This document shows, piece after piece, positions 52,562-64,000 of a stretch of 64,000 nucleotides of DNA. The translations under genes and the position numbers were made by a program. The notes under the pieces were generated by a model. It searched no databases. It saw only the letters and a program-made list of their open reading frames with translations, and was not told the DNA's origin. How positions within the stretch are numbered: the stretch's first letter is position 1; every line of letters starts with the position of its first letter. Origin of the DNA: Mobula birostris (lineage: Eukaryota); assembly GCF_030028105.1 (NCBI RefSeq), contig NC_092382.1, positions 42,440,246 to 42,504,245 of the forward strand, in the 5' to 3' direction.

Positions 52562-52567
52562 TTTATA
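52562..52567 (-). promoter_or_regulatory. Candidate TATA box of the GPCR gene
   Basis: TATAAA on the minus strand, about 75 nt upstream of the inferred start. Confidence 0.45.
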
Positions 52568-53654
52568 CTCACTCCAGCACACCGAATATTCAATACTACA
52601 CAAGGCTGACGTGTCTTCCAACAGCTGGAGTAAAAATAAACATGATGTCATTCAAGTAAAATCCCAATTGTGATGAGGTCTGGAGAGCTTGACAATAAAT
52701 CACAAAATCTCAAAGACAAAGAAATGACGATTGGAGAAGTTGTTGCCAAACACACTCAGGCTCACCTCTCGGTTTCATGATTGCTATTGCTGATCTTGTC
52801 CATTCCTATGCTGCATGGACTTTGTCATCGCAGACCAATGACATACGGTCAGTAGGGTGCTCCGTTTCACTTTGTGAATTGTCTCGGTTATAGATCTTGT
52901 TAAGGACGTGATTACGTTGCATCGGGAAATGGAACAATTCAGATAGTAGCGGAGAATATGTAATTCTCTCCTTGAAGTGGGGGAGGAAGACGTGCTTCTC
53001 GCTGACGTTTAAACTTTATTTCAAGTATTCAGTGGTGACAGCATTTCCCGATGTCAGCTGAATCTAATACGAAAAGCATCGGCTAGGTGGAAGTGTAAGT
53101 TTGAGCGTCATTAGCATAAGGTGTCGGTGTAAGGAAATGACACAGAAATTAAATTGCAAACCTGCCGATCTAGGCTACTGCACTTCGGGTGTTCACAATT
53201 ATGTCTCCACTACGTTAGAGATGAAAACCAAACAACCAAGTTGAGTTTGAGTGTTCATTCCTCATGGTCACGTAGTTGGCCCTCAGCCCCTTGATTTTAT
53301 CACATTTTAATTGTTTAACACTGACTTTTTATGTCTCTGACTGTGGCTTTCTCCAGTACTAGCTTTTTTTTCAAAATCTGTCATGTGACTCACGCTGGAA
53401 TAAAATAGTGGGTATAAGATGCCAGAAGTTTATGGCCAAAGCAGGCCGATCTATAGAAAGAAATAAAGAGGATGTTTGAGCTGAAGTGGCAAAAATGGCA
53501 GGCGAGTCACACCTAGCAACTACTTACCAGAGTCCCCATTGTCTAAAGCGGCCGTGCTATAGCTGTAGAGCAAATGCTTGTCTGTTAACCCACGAGGTTT
53601 CCCGTATTCTCCACAAATATTCAAACAATAGGAAAGCAAACACTCCAAAAAAAA

Positions 53655-55362
53655 AGTTCCCCTCTACCACCACTCTGCTCCGTCTCGCGGATTTAGTCCT
53701 TACTCTTAATAATTTCTCCTTTGGCTCCCCCCACTTCCTCCAAACTAAAGGTGTAGCTATCGGCACTCGTATGGGTCCTAGCTATGCCTGCCTTTTTGTT
53801 GGCTTTGTGGAACAATCTATGTTCCGTGACTATTCTGGTATCTGTCCTCCACTTTTCCTTCGCTACATCGACGACTGCATTGGCGCTGCTTCCTGCACGC
53901 ATGCTGAGCTCGTTGACTTTATTAACTTTGCCTCCAACTTTCATCCTGCCCTCAAGTTTACATGGTCCATTTCCGACACCTCCCTCCCCTTTCTAAATCT
54001 TTCTGTCTCTGTCTCTGGAGATAGCTTATCCACGGATGTCTACTATAAGCCTACTGACTCTCACAGCTATCTGGACTATTCCTCTTCTCACCCTGTCTCT
54101 TGCAAAAATGCCATCCCCTTCGCGCAATTCCTCCGTCTCCGCCGCATCTGCTCTCAGGATGAGGCTTTTCATTCCAGGACGAGGGAGATGTCCTCCTTTT
54201 TTAAAGGAAGGGGCTTCCCTTCCTCCACTATCAACTCTGCTCTCAAACGCATCTCCCCCATTTCACGTATATCTGCTCTCACTCCATCCTCCCGCCACCC
54301 CACTAGGAATAGCGCTCCCCTGGTCCTCACCTACCACCCCACCACCCTCCGGGTCCAACGTAATATTCTCCGTAACTTCCGCCACCTCCAACGGGATCCC
54401 ACCACTGAGCACATCTTTCCCTCCCCACCTCTCTCTGCATTCCGCAGGTATCGTTCCCTACGCAACTCCCTTGTCCATTCGTCCCCCCATCCCTCACCAC
54501 TGATCTCCCTACTGGCACTTATCCGTGTAAGCGGAACAAGTGCTACACATGCCCTTACACTTCCTCCCTTACCACCATGCAGGGCTCCAAACAGTCCTTC
54601 CAGGTGAGGCAACACTTCACCTGTGAGTCGACTGGGGTGATATACTGCGTCTGGTGCTCCCGATGTGGCCTTTTATATATTGGCGAGACCCGACGCAGAC
54701 TGGGAGACCGCTTTGTTGAACATCTACGCTCTGTCCGCCAGAGAAAGCAGGATCTCCTAGTGGCCACACATTTTAATTCCACATCCCATTCCCATTCTGA
54801 CATATCTATCCACGGCCTCCTCTACTGTAAAGATGAAGCCACACTCAGGTTGGAGGAACAACACCTTATATTCCGTCTGGGTAGCCTCCAACCTGATGGC
54901 ATGAACATCGACTTCTCTAACTTCCGCTAAGGCCCCACCTCCTCCTCGTACCCCATCTGTTACTTATTTTTATGCACACATTCTTTCTCTCACTCTCCTT
55001 TTTCTCCCTCTGTCTCTCTGAATATACCTCTTGCCCATCCTCTGGTTCCCCGCCAACCCCCGCTTGTCTTTCTCCCCGGACCTCCTGTCCCATGATGCTC
55101 TCGTATCCCTTTTGCCAATCACCTGTCCAGCTCTTGGCTCCATCCCTCCCCCTCCTGTCTTCTCCTACCATTTTGGATCTCCCCCTCCCCCTCCAACTTT
55201 CAAATCCCTTACTCACTCTTCCTTCAGTTAGTCCTGACGAAGGGTCTCGGCCTGAAACGTCGACTGCACCTCTTCCTACAGATGCTGCCTGGCCTGCTGC
55301 GTTCACCAGCAACTTTGATGTGTGTTGCTTGAATTTCCAGCATCTGCAGAATTCCTGTTGTT
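53655..55362 (+). mobile_element. Young 5'-truncated Penelope-like element (Neptune-type): RT, Cys linker, GIY-YIG endonuclease, terminal repeat
   Basis: Motifs QTKGVAIGTRMGPSYA, FLRYIDD, linker YPCKRNKCYTC and VIYCVWCSRCGLLYIGET..EH..HF. One frameshift near 54480; stop at 54928-54930. Confidence 0.95.
55229..55266 (+). ncRNA. Minimal type I hammerhead ribozyme in the PLE terminal repeat
   Basis: Stem I AGTC/GACT, core CTGACGA (55234-55240), stem II AGG-GTCTCGG-CCT, GAAA (55254-55257), palindromic stem III ACGT. Predicted cleavage after the GTC at 55261. Confidence 0.85.
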
Positions 55363-56039
55363 AGGCCCTAGTTCTACCTGTTTGGCATAGGCATGACAGA
55401 GAGACAGAAAGGTGTTAACATGGGGGACCCCAGATGCTGGGGTGAGCCTTCTCAAGGTCATAAACACAAATACCACCATCAACCAATACATTCTCCTTTA
55501 GTCCGAGAGAGTCCTGCTACTCAGTTCCTTCAGTAACACGTTTGCAGTCTGTTCGATGTAGTTCGAAGTTTAGTGTGATGTTCCTGCCCTTCTCTCCTAT
55601 CTAGGCCGGCCTTGGTTTGCTTACGTTGTTTTTCCTGCTCTCGTTTCCGGTGCCCATCCACCCATTCACGCTCCGTTTTTAGCGTCTCCCAACCTTTGAC
55701 GTTCCTTCTGCAGTACATACCTCTATCCCAATCTCACATGCAGTTTTCCTCCAACTTGCTAATAATATACTGTTCCTCTTTACATCTGCCTTTTCCTTCC
55801 ATTCCCTTCTCAACAATTTCCACTTCTTTCCACAGTTCTTTTTCCATATCAAATTTACTGTTTGTTCTCATGAGGTAATATCCCAGGTTGCCTCCTAGTG
55901 GCCACATTTTGTTCCCCAATTTCTTATTCAGCGCTGCACTCAGTATTCATAAATCTTTTTCCTTGTCTGGAAAACTCTCACGCATATTGTGTAGTGCCTC
56001 TCCTGGCCCACTCATGTCAATCGACTGCAATTGACCCAT
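55363..56039 (-). pseudogene. Endogenous retrovirus gag 5' remnant (matrix-like)
   Basis: ATG at 56039 gives MGQLQSIDMSGPGEAL... (MGQxxS myristoylation signal) and WPLGG/TW, with stops and a frameshift. Lies downstream of the LTR and PBS. Confidence 0.7.
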
Positions 56040-56336
56040 GTTCTCTAAGTAATTTACCCAGCATGTCTGCCTCCTGTCCACTTAGTAAAATTTACCCGGT
56101 ACTGCCTCCTGTCCACTCAGTAAAATTTTGCCTTCCTTATACGAGTCTCCTGACAGATTTTTTCCCAATCCCGTCAAGGTATGAGATCAGCCTTGGGCGG
56201 GGGATGGTACCTCCAAAGGAACTAACGGAGAGCGACAAAAGGTAAAATACCTATTGGGCGCCCGGTTGGTCTCTGCAGTCCCCAGAGTGGTCCAGCCACT
56301 TACTCAGCCTGTCTGCTTGGCACTCCCTATATTGGG

Positions 56337-56354
56337 ATCCTGTTCGTGACACCA
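56337..56354 (-). promoter_or_regulatory. Primer-binding site complementary to tRNA-Ser
   Basis: The plus strand reads ATCCTGTTCGTGACACCA, against a vertebrate tRNA-Ser(CGA) 3' end ATCCTGTTCGTGACGCCA as I recall it (17/18). It starts 2 nt after the LTR end. Confidence 0.75.
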
Positions 56355-56356
56355 AA

Positions 56357-57002
56357 TGTTAAAGTTGAATCTGAATAAAACTTGGGACACCAGCTTCTTA
56401 TTGCCTCCACAGTTTATTGCATATTCTCCTGCAGGATGTTTGAGACCCAGTTGTCAAAGGGAAGGCATTAGAGCACTGCCACCATCTGAAAAGTGGACTG
56501 ACTTAGTCGGGTTACAGCCATATACTTATATATAGTAAGCCGCATACATTACTCTCGCAAGACGTTATTGGAACTGGTACGCCAATCAAGTCTGTTGGTG
56601 CAAAACTTAATTACTTAGATAAGAGAGTTTGTTAAATAAAGTTTTTAAACGAGAACTGAGTGTCCTCATAATCTAATCTAAAAACATCTAATCTAATCTA
56701 ATCTAACTACAGACGGATGTACTGTTCAGTACTTCCCAGTTGTTCCCTTTGCAAAGCCCTGACTTAATTACAGACAGATGTTCATTCCTGTCCTTATCAG
56801 TGAGTCCTCCTCCCTTTACTCAAACGAGGGTACAATGTATAATGTTATCAATTAGTGAGAGTACAATGTATAATGATATCAGCTCTCAATCTGTCTCTCT
56901 GCAAGCTGCAGAGAACTAGTAATGAGCCTGTCTTAGCTAACCGCTGAAGACAGAGTTTACTTCAGTTAAAAAAAATCCTATTCAGTCCCAATTATTCTTT
57001 CA
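56357..57002 (-). mobile_element. ERV 5' LTR (TGAAAGA...TTAACA)
   Basis: On the minus strand: CCAAT (about 56567-56571), TATA-like box (about 56522-56534) and AATAAA (56418-56413), in LTR order. Internal duplications and an (AATCT)n repeat. Confidence 0.75.
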
Positions 57003-57479
57003 GCCAGAGGTTACATAGGTTCAAAATGATTTTTTTATATATCCTCAATTCCTCAGAAGGATTCAGGGGAAATATTTATGTACAATATAGAAACTGGTGT
57101 TACCTGTGTGTTGTGGTGATGCAAGCGTTTCTGCAGAATTTACAAGTGGGATGAAGTGGAGTGATATTTGAAAATCTGGCTTTTTAAAGCATAATTTAGC
57201 AAGCAAACCACATGGACAATGTGCAAAATCTCTGGTAAGAAATTCCTTCATCACCAGTAACAGGCCTGCTAACATAGGTTGTGTGAGAGTGCAGGTGAAC
57301 TTGATCGAACCCAGAGGATATCAAAGTTCTTATCGACAGTGAATTGCGAGCTGTTAAAATGAATACCTCTCTATATAAAATTCACTGTGCACGTGTTGTC
57401 ACTGGGTAAAAAAAATGCACAGTACAAGATTTATGTGCACACTGGTCATTACAAATTAGAGAGGACATTGGTGGGAAGG

Positions 57480-58955
57480 TGGGGCGACCTTCAGTGTCCC
57501 TGATGCCCTCACCTACAAGATGTGCATCCAGCTGCAGCTTGTAACCCTGCACTTTAAGGAGTTGGAACTTGAAATGGATGAATTCCAGATCATCTGGCAG
57601 TCAGAGGGGGTTATAGATATGACATGAAGAGAGGTGAGTTACACACAGGAAACTGGGTGAGAGTCAGGAAGGGGAATGAGTTTAAATAGCCATCGCAGAG
57701 TACTCTTGTTGCTATCCCACACAACAGCAGGTGGACCACTTTAGAAACTGTTGGGGGGATTATCTGGCAGAGGAACGTCAGAGGCATGATAGGGGATTCG
57801 TTAGTTAGGGGAACAGAACAAGAGGGGACTAATATCCCAGTGGTAAGGCTTGCTAGTGCTCGCGTGGGGGGAGGGGGTGATGTGGTTAAAATAAGTTGTA
57901 GAGGAATGGGAGCCAGAATGACAGAACAGATAGTGGAGAGGGTGAATTGAATTGAATTGACTTTATTCCATACATCCTTCATATACATGAGGTGCAGAAA
58001 TCTTAACGTTACGTCTCCCTCTAAATGTGCAATGTGTAATTTATAATAACTTATAATAAATAGTTTGTACATAGGACAGTCAATTGTATCAGCATGAATT
58101 AATCAGTCTGATGGCCTGGTGGAAGATGATGTCCCGGAGCCTGTGGCTCCTTTTGCTGTGGTACTGTTTCCTGGATGGTAGCAGCAGGAACAGTTTTTGG
58201 TTGTGGTGAATTGTGTCCCCAATATCCTTTGGGGCCTTTTTACATACTTGTCTCTGTAAATGTCCTGAATAGTGGAAAGTTCACATCTACAGATGTGCTG
58301 GGCTGTCCGCACCGCTCTCTGCAGGTTCCTCCAATTAAGGGAAATACAGTTCCCATACCAGGCAGTGATGCAGCCAGTCAGGATGTTCTCAATTGTGTCC
58401 CTGCAGGAAGTTCAGGATTTGGGGCCCCATCCCAAACTTCTTCAACCGTCTGAGGGGAAAGAGGTGCTTTTTTCACAACACAGCCGGTACGTACAGGCAA
58501 TGTGAGATCCTCGGTAATGTTTATGCCAAGGAATTTAAAGCTGTTCACCCTCTCAACCCCAGATCCCTTGATGTCAATAGGGGTTAGCCTGTCTCCATTT
58601 CTCCTGTTGTCCACAATCAGCTCCTTTGTTCTTGTGACAATGAGGGAGAGCTTGTTTTCTTGACACCAGTCAGATGTTGTTCAGACCTCAGATAGAGTCA
58701 GCAATCAAACGGTTGAGCATGGTGCGATGAATGTGTTGAGATTCTAAATTGGAGAAAGGTCAATTTTGATGGTATCAAAGGATCTGACAAGTGTGGTTTG
58801 GGACAGGCTGTTTTTTGGCAAAAGAGTACTTGGTATTTGGGAGGACTTCAGAAGTGAAAGTTTGAGGGTGTAGAGTTTGTATGGGCCTGACAAATTAAAA
58901 ATTGAAAGGTAACTGGCGCAGGGAACCTTGGTTTTCAAGAGATATTGATGCCCTG
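57480..58955 (+). mobile_element. CR1 fragments (ORF1 start, ORF2 pieces) split by a Rex/Babar insert
   Basis: Text TYKMCIQLQL..ELELEMDEFQII and IGDSLVRGTEQ. Confidence 0.65.
57944..58670 (-). mobile_element. Rex1/Babar LINE 3' fragment with a (CAATT)n tail
   Basis: Minus ORF VERVNSFKFLGINITEDL..VVKKA; the tail appears as aattgaattgaattgactttatt. Confidence 0.85.
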
Positions 58956-58989
58956 GATATTTCGTTCCTCTAAATGCCTCAGATTGTTA

Positions 58990-59530
58990 GTCAATGCTGA
59001 AAAACATTTAAGCTGTCTAATGCAACTACCTGCACCAGGACCATTGCCCTCCATACCCCTACCATCAGGCTCCCATCCAAACGTGTCTTAAATGGTGAAA
59101 CCAAACTCATATTCACCACTTGTGCTGGCATCTCATTCCACACTCTCACGACCATTTCAGTAAAGAGCTTTTCCAAACGTTCCCCTTAAATTTTCACCTT
59201 CCCCACTTACCAATGAACTTTGTTGTCATCTCACCCAACCTCAGTGGAAAGAGCTGCTTGCATTAACCCTATCTATACCCTCATAATTTTGTATACTGCG
59301 AACAAATCTTCAATGTATAATTTCCTTGTTTATGTTTAGAGCCTTTTTTAGGTGTATAAGATGATGAGGGGCATTGTTCGTGTGGATAGCCAGAGGTTTT
59401 ATTCCCAGGGCTGAAATTGCTAATACGAGGGGCATAGTTTTAAGGTGCTTGGAAATAGATACCGAGGGGATGTCAGGGGTAAGTTTTTTTTTACACAGAG
59501 AGTGGTGGGTGCGTGGACTGCACTGTCGGC
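58990..59530. mobile_element. Two CR1 3'-end fragments (minus about 58990-59310, plus about 59345-59530)
   Basis: Text LFTEMVVRVWNEMP and VYKMMRGIVRVDSQR..RGHSFKV. Confidence 0.7.
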
Positions 59531-59868
59531 TAATTTGCATTTGATTGTTTCAGTTACTGTGGGGCCAGGCACCCATGCAGCCAGCAGGAACATGGAATAA
59601 TACCAATGGAGAGAGTCAAGCTGAGCCAGGACACAGATTGGAGATGGCAGAAATGCCCCATTCTTATACAGACAGGAAGAGCATCAGAGAATTTGATGGT
59701 CATTCCAGATACCAGTTCTGTGCCCACTCAGAAGATGATTTCTCTCTCCAACTTAGGTTGAACTTCACTGTAACAGTGTGATGTCAGATCACACCTTGAC
59801 AACTCAAGTGATCTCATCTGAAATGTTGTCCTTCACCTATTGATGGATTTTGTAAATCTTTTTACAGG

Positions 59869-61630
59869 TTAAAAGTGACAAGGAATTTGTCTACGGTAAT
59901 CCAGAACACAACACACAAGTTTTGCTGTCTCTGTCCAGACATTTAAGAAGTGGACCAAGGGATTCACTCGATCATCTGACCTACTGACTTGCCCATAATT
60001 TTACACAGGAGAGAGGCTATTCATCTGTTCAGACATTGGGAATGGATTCACTCGGTCATCTCAACTGAAGGTACATCAGCAGTTCACACAGGGCAAGGCC
60101 ATTAATCTGTTCTGTGGGTGAGAAGGGATTCAGTCAGTCTTCCCACCTGTGGACACACCAGTCAGTTCACACTGGGCAGAGGTTGGTTATCTGCTGAAAT
60201 TGTGGTGAAGGATTCACTCGGTCATCTGGCCTCATGGCTCACCAGCGAGATCACACTGCAGAGAGGCCGTTCACCTGCTCATACTGTGGGAAGGGATTCA
60301 CTCAGTCATTTAATCTGCAGGTACATCAGAGAGTTCACACTGGAGAGAAGCCATTCACCTGCGCAGACTGTGGGAAGGGATTCACTTTGTCATCTCGATT
60401 ACTGAGACACCAGTCAGTTCACACCGGAGAGTGGCCATTCACCTGCTCAGTCTGTGGGAAGGAATTCACTTTCTCACCTCAACTACTGAGACACCAGTCA
60501 GTTCACACCGGAGAGTGGCCATTCACCTGCTGAGATTGTGGAAGGGATTCACTGAATCATCTCAACATAAGGTACATCAGAGAGCTCACACAGGGGAGAG
60601 GCCATTTACCTGCTCAGTCTGTGGGAAGGGATTAACTTTGTCATCACAACTGAAGGTACATGAGCGAGTTCACACAGGGGAGAGGCCATTCACCTGCTCA
60701 GTCTGTGGGAAGGGATTCATTAGGTCATCCAATCTGGAGGTACATCAGCGAGTTCACACTGGGGACAGGCCATTCACTTGCTCAGACTGTGGGAAGGGAT
60801 TCACACGGTTCGCTATCTTACAAGCACACCAGTCAGTTCACACTGGGGAGAGGCCGTTCACCTGCTCAGACTGTGGAAAGGGATTCACTCGGTCATCTCA
60901 ACTGAAGGTACATCAGCGAGTTCACACTGCAGAAAAGCCTTTCACCTGCTCAGACTGTGGGAAGGGATTCACTCAGTCATCTCAACTACAGAGACACCAG
61001 CGAGTTCACACTAGGTAGAGGCCAATCTCCTGTTTAGACTCTGGGAAGAGATGCTCTCAGCCAAACCAACCAATGTGCATCATTGTTCACACTGAGGGGA
61101 GGCTGTACACCTGCTGTGAATGTGGGAAAGGATTCATTCAGTTATGTAACCTTCAGCTGGCAGCTTAATATAGGGGGAAATAGCCGCCCAGCCCGGCCAA
61201 GCTTAAGAAATCTTGTTTGGGTGGATGCTGCATGATGTGTCCCCTGTTACAAATCAGTACTCCGAAATAACAAATGGTACACAATACGTGATTAAACGTT
61301 TCAGCTTTATAATTCTTTCTTTGACTACAGGGTTAGTGAAGTAAACAAAAAAAAAGGGTCCACTCTCTCCATTCGTGTCTTCTCATCTCTCCCCGGCAAA
61401 ATACCATGAAAATCTCTCTTCCAGACTCACAAGAAAGAGCAACATTTCTGTCATTGGATAGTGCCGCATTCCAAAACCCTGTTATATCTAGTCGTAACCT
61501 AAACATTGCTGCTACAGAAAAACCATTACCTCAGAAGTGAAACATTACAGAGAGGCCATTACATTAGCAGTGAAACCTTGCAGCGTGTTACACTTGTGAC
61601 ACACTACTGGGTTCACACCGGGGAGAAAGT
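59869..61630 (+). pseudogene. C2H2 zinc-finger array gene, disrupted (core 60234-61018; nine fingers if repaired)
   Basis: Repeated [28 protein letters not shown]. Three intact fingers, then TGA at 60531-60533 with a -1 frameshift, then five intact fingers. Degenerate fingers on both sides. Acceptor TTTTACAG| at 59868. Confidence 0.85.
61145..61592 (-). mobile_element. Solo-LTR-like insert (TGTAAC...GTTACA) interrupting the last zinc finger
   Basis: Perfect 6-bp inverted ends. The finger CCECGKGFIQL...LVTHYWVHTGEK is split by the insert. No clear TSD. Confidence 0.7.
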
Positions 61631-63534
61631 TTCAATAAGCTGCATGCTGGATATTTGTCCATCACCGTTGCTGAAAACAATTTTGAGAGTGACTGTCGGT
61701 GCTGAACTCTGCAATTATTGCTGCTGCTCACCACACCCAGTTCTGCACCCTGGTCACTGGGCATGGGACGAGTTTCTTCTGCTGTACATTCACCTTTAAT
61801 TGGACTGGGGTTTAATATTCTGGATCTGAGACAAATAAATCAGTTCTATTTTGAACTCTGTCTCCAGTACTTAGTGAATATATAACACACCTAGTGTACA
61901 GTAGAGAGTCAACTCAGGCCGGCTGGACCCTACCAGTGATTCTGTTCCATGACAGTCCTTTTAAATCCTCCCCTGTTGTTCATCTCTTGCTCCCCCTGTG
62001 CTGATGGGTTCCAAACAGTCACCACTCTGTGGGTGAAGAGATTTCCCTTGAATTTTCTGCAAATTGAAGAAGTCGAGCTGACTGCAGTTCTGTCTGAGAT
62101 GTTCTTTGCCTCTGAAATCTCTGGGCTGAGGAAGAATGACATTGGGAGTTAACCTCCTTATTCAGGGATCATTTCCACATTTTGGTCATTTTCCCTGCTT
62201 CTAAAGGATTGCTTGCAAACACAACTCCTGACCTTCAAAGACTGAAATCAGAATGGGAAACCATCAGTTGGATGTTTAATGAAGCAGGGGCAGAAACCAG
62301 AGGCGGGTCTGCACAGGGCAGAGTTTGGGGCTTTGGATCAATGTCAGGGTAAGAATGTATGATGAGGAGAAGGGAATCAGCAGCCAGGCGTGGCAACGAA
62401 TGACAGAGTAGCAACATTTAGAAGCTAATTGGCAAAGAAAATAATTTGTCTGATGACACAAACAATGCCTGTTGTGAGGTGATGCACTGGTCGAGGAACA
62501 TGTATGTGTTGGGATGATTTTATCTATTGAGGGAGTTGTTCCAGTAATAATATATCTGGATGGTTATTTTAGATTATCCTATCTGTAATAATGTATTGAT
62601 TATCATGTAAATTGTGAGATACTGTCCCTATCTGGATCAGGCCTGAATTTATAGTGCCTTAATGAAGTTACGGTTGTCACTCATAAGTTTGTGTGTTAAA
62701 GCAAGATTTTGGTGAAATATATTTGCCACTTGATTGTACCTGCATAAGTAATCAGATTGAGTTAAACTGCTGCAGGATCCTGGAATGTGTTGGATAGTGT
62801 CTGGTTTCTCTTGGCATTTTCGGTATTTATTGCCTTGTTTGTTTGTATTTCATGTATTTTCGATTTTTTTTTCATATTGTTGACCACCTTGTCCTATATT
62901 TCTGCAAGGAACCCCTCTGTTTCTGGGAAGAGGTCTCCAACTCTCAGTCAGGTGCTCGATGCTTCCTTGTCAACATCTTGTCTGCTCAGGTCATTGGGAT
63001 GTCTCCCATGGAGGGTCGTACTCATTCCACTGGTTAATGTTTTCTTCCATAGTGATGATTCATTTCTGAGTTAGCCTCTCATTTAAGTTTTCTGGTCTGT
63101 ATTTCTTACCACGATTGCATATACACACATGGAGCAATGAATACTGTTCATTTTTGATGAAAATATATACTTAGAAGTTTTATCTGACTTGTGTGATTTT
63201 TTTTTTCATGTGTGTTATTCCTCTTCCTCCTCCTGTCCGAGGTAGTGTTAATCTAACTGAGTCTGAGTGTAAATAGTCTTTTCTAAAGCTGTCATTTCAG
63301 TTCTGTATCTTTGTTAATTTTACTGATTGAAATGGTACAAAGGATATTTTTATATAAAAAAAAAGTCACTGTTGGTATTGATGAAAGTGTTTATTGCCTT
63401 TGTTGTATTTGTTAACTATTGAGCTCTGTTTGGCAGGTTTTTTTAAGCCTTGAACTAAATTTTGACAAAGGTTCTCCCTATTTCGCACTACTTTCTATTT
63501 CCTTTGCTTGTTGATATTCCAGCTACGTGGGTGT

Positions 63535-63668
63535 CAAGAGTCCCGATGAAGGGTCTTGGCTGGAAATGTTGATTCCCATCCATAGATGCTGCCTGACATG
63601 CTGAGATCCTTCAGCACTTTGTGTGTAGTTCTCTAGATTTCTAGCATCTGCAGGTCCACTTGTTTCCC
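63535..63668 (+). mobile_element. PLE terminal-repeat fragment with a decayed hammerhead
   Basis: agtcccgatgaagggtcttggctggaaatgttgatt...gatgctgcctg...cagcatctgcag-like sequence, homologous to 55229-55362. Confidence 0.75.
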
Positions 63669-64000
63669 AGATACTTACATGCTTCTTGAAAGAACAAGCT
63701 GGTGGTGGGATGTGTGGCTGTGTTGGTAAAATAGTAAATAGAATCAGTAGAAAGAGTTGGCATAAGGTTGGAATGTGTGGAATCTGTGCGTAGAATTAAG
63801 GAACAGCACATGTAAAAAAAAAAAAAAAATCCCTGATGGGAATTGTATAGAGACCTCCAAACAGTAGTAAGTATGTGGTCCACAAGTTACAATGGAAGTT
63901 AGAAAATGTGTGCCAAAAGGGCAATGTTACAATAGTCATGGGGGATTGTCATGCAGGTGATTAGGAAAATTAGGATGGTGTTGGTCTCAAGAGGAGGAAT

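Noticed and set aside
53486-53654. N-terminal extension on the PLE RT ORF (possible host-TE fusion gene)
   Set aside because: It starts at GTG in unrelated flanking DNA and joins through a poly-A run, and the RT lacks its N-terminal motifs. This is most likely a chance open frame.
55734-55919. ORF 'MGNK..' as the Gag start
   Set aside because: Its first codon is TTG. The more plausible start is the ATG at 56039 (MGQLQS).
56337-56354. tRNA-Ser gene
   Set aside because: Only the 18-nt 3' end, including CCA, is present next to an LTR. That is a primer-binding site, not a tRNA gene.

Overview
Eukaryotic, repeat-dense vertebrate DNA with two assembly gaps. It is most likely from a cartilaginous fish (ray or shark); this is an inference from the CR1/HER1-type LINEs, Penelope-like elements, a two-exon GPR139-like receptor and KRAB-less C2H2 arrays. 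Most of the window is nested, decayed retroelements: CR1 LINEs, Rex1/Babar LINE pieces, an L1-type 3' end, Penelope-like elements (PLE; RT plus GIY-YIG), a Gypsy internal region, three solo-LTR-like inserts, and an ERV remnant (5' LTR, tRNA-Ser PBS, gag start). Host-gene material consists of the spliced 3' half of a divergent SOUL/HEBP2-like gene that the ORF track does not show as a gene, a GPR139-like GPCR pseudogene, and a disrupted C2H2 zinc-finger gene. The strongest non-coding signal is a perfect minimal type I hammerhead ribozyme in the terminal repeat of a young PLE. Six decayed copies are also present, and four of them share an A6C core variant. I found no prokaryotic genes, CRISPR arrays, rRNA or tRNA genes. 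All family assignments come from motif recognition by eye, without database searches, and the boundaries of old repeats are approximate.
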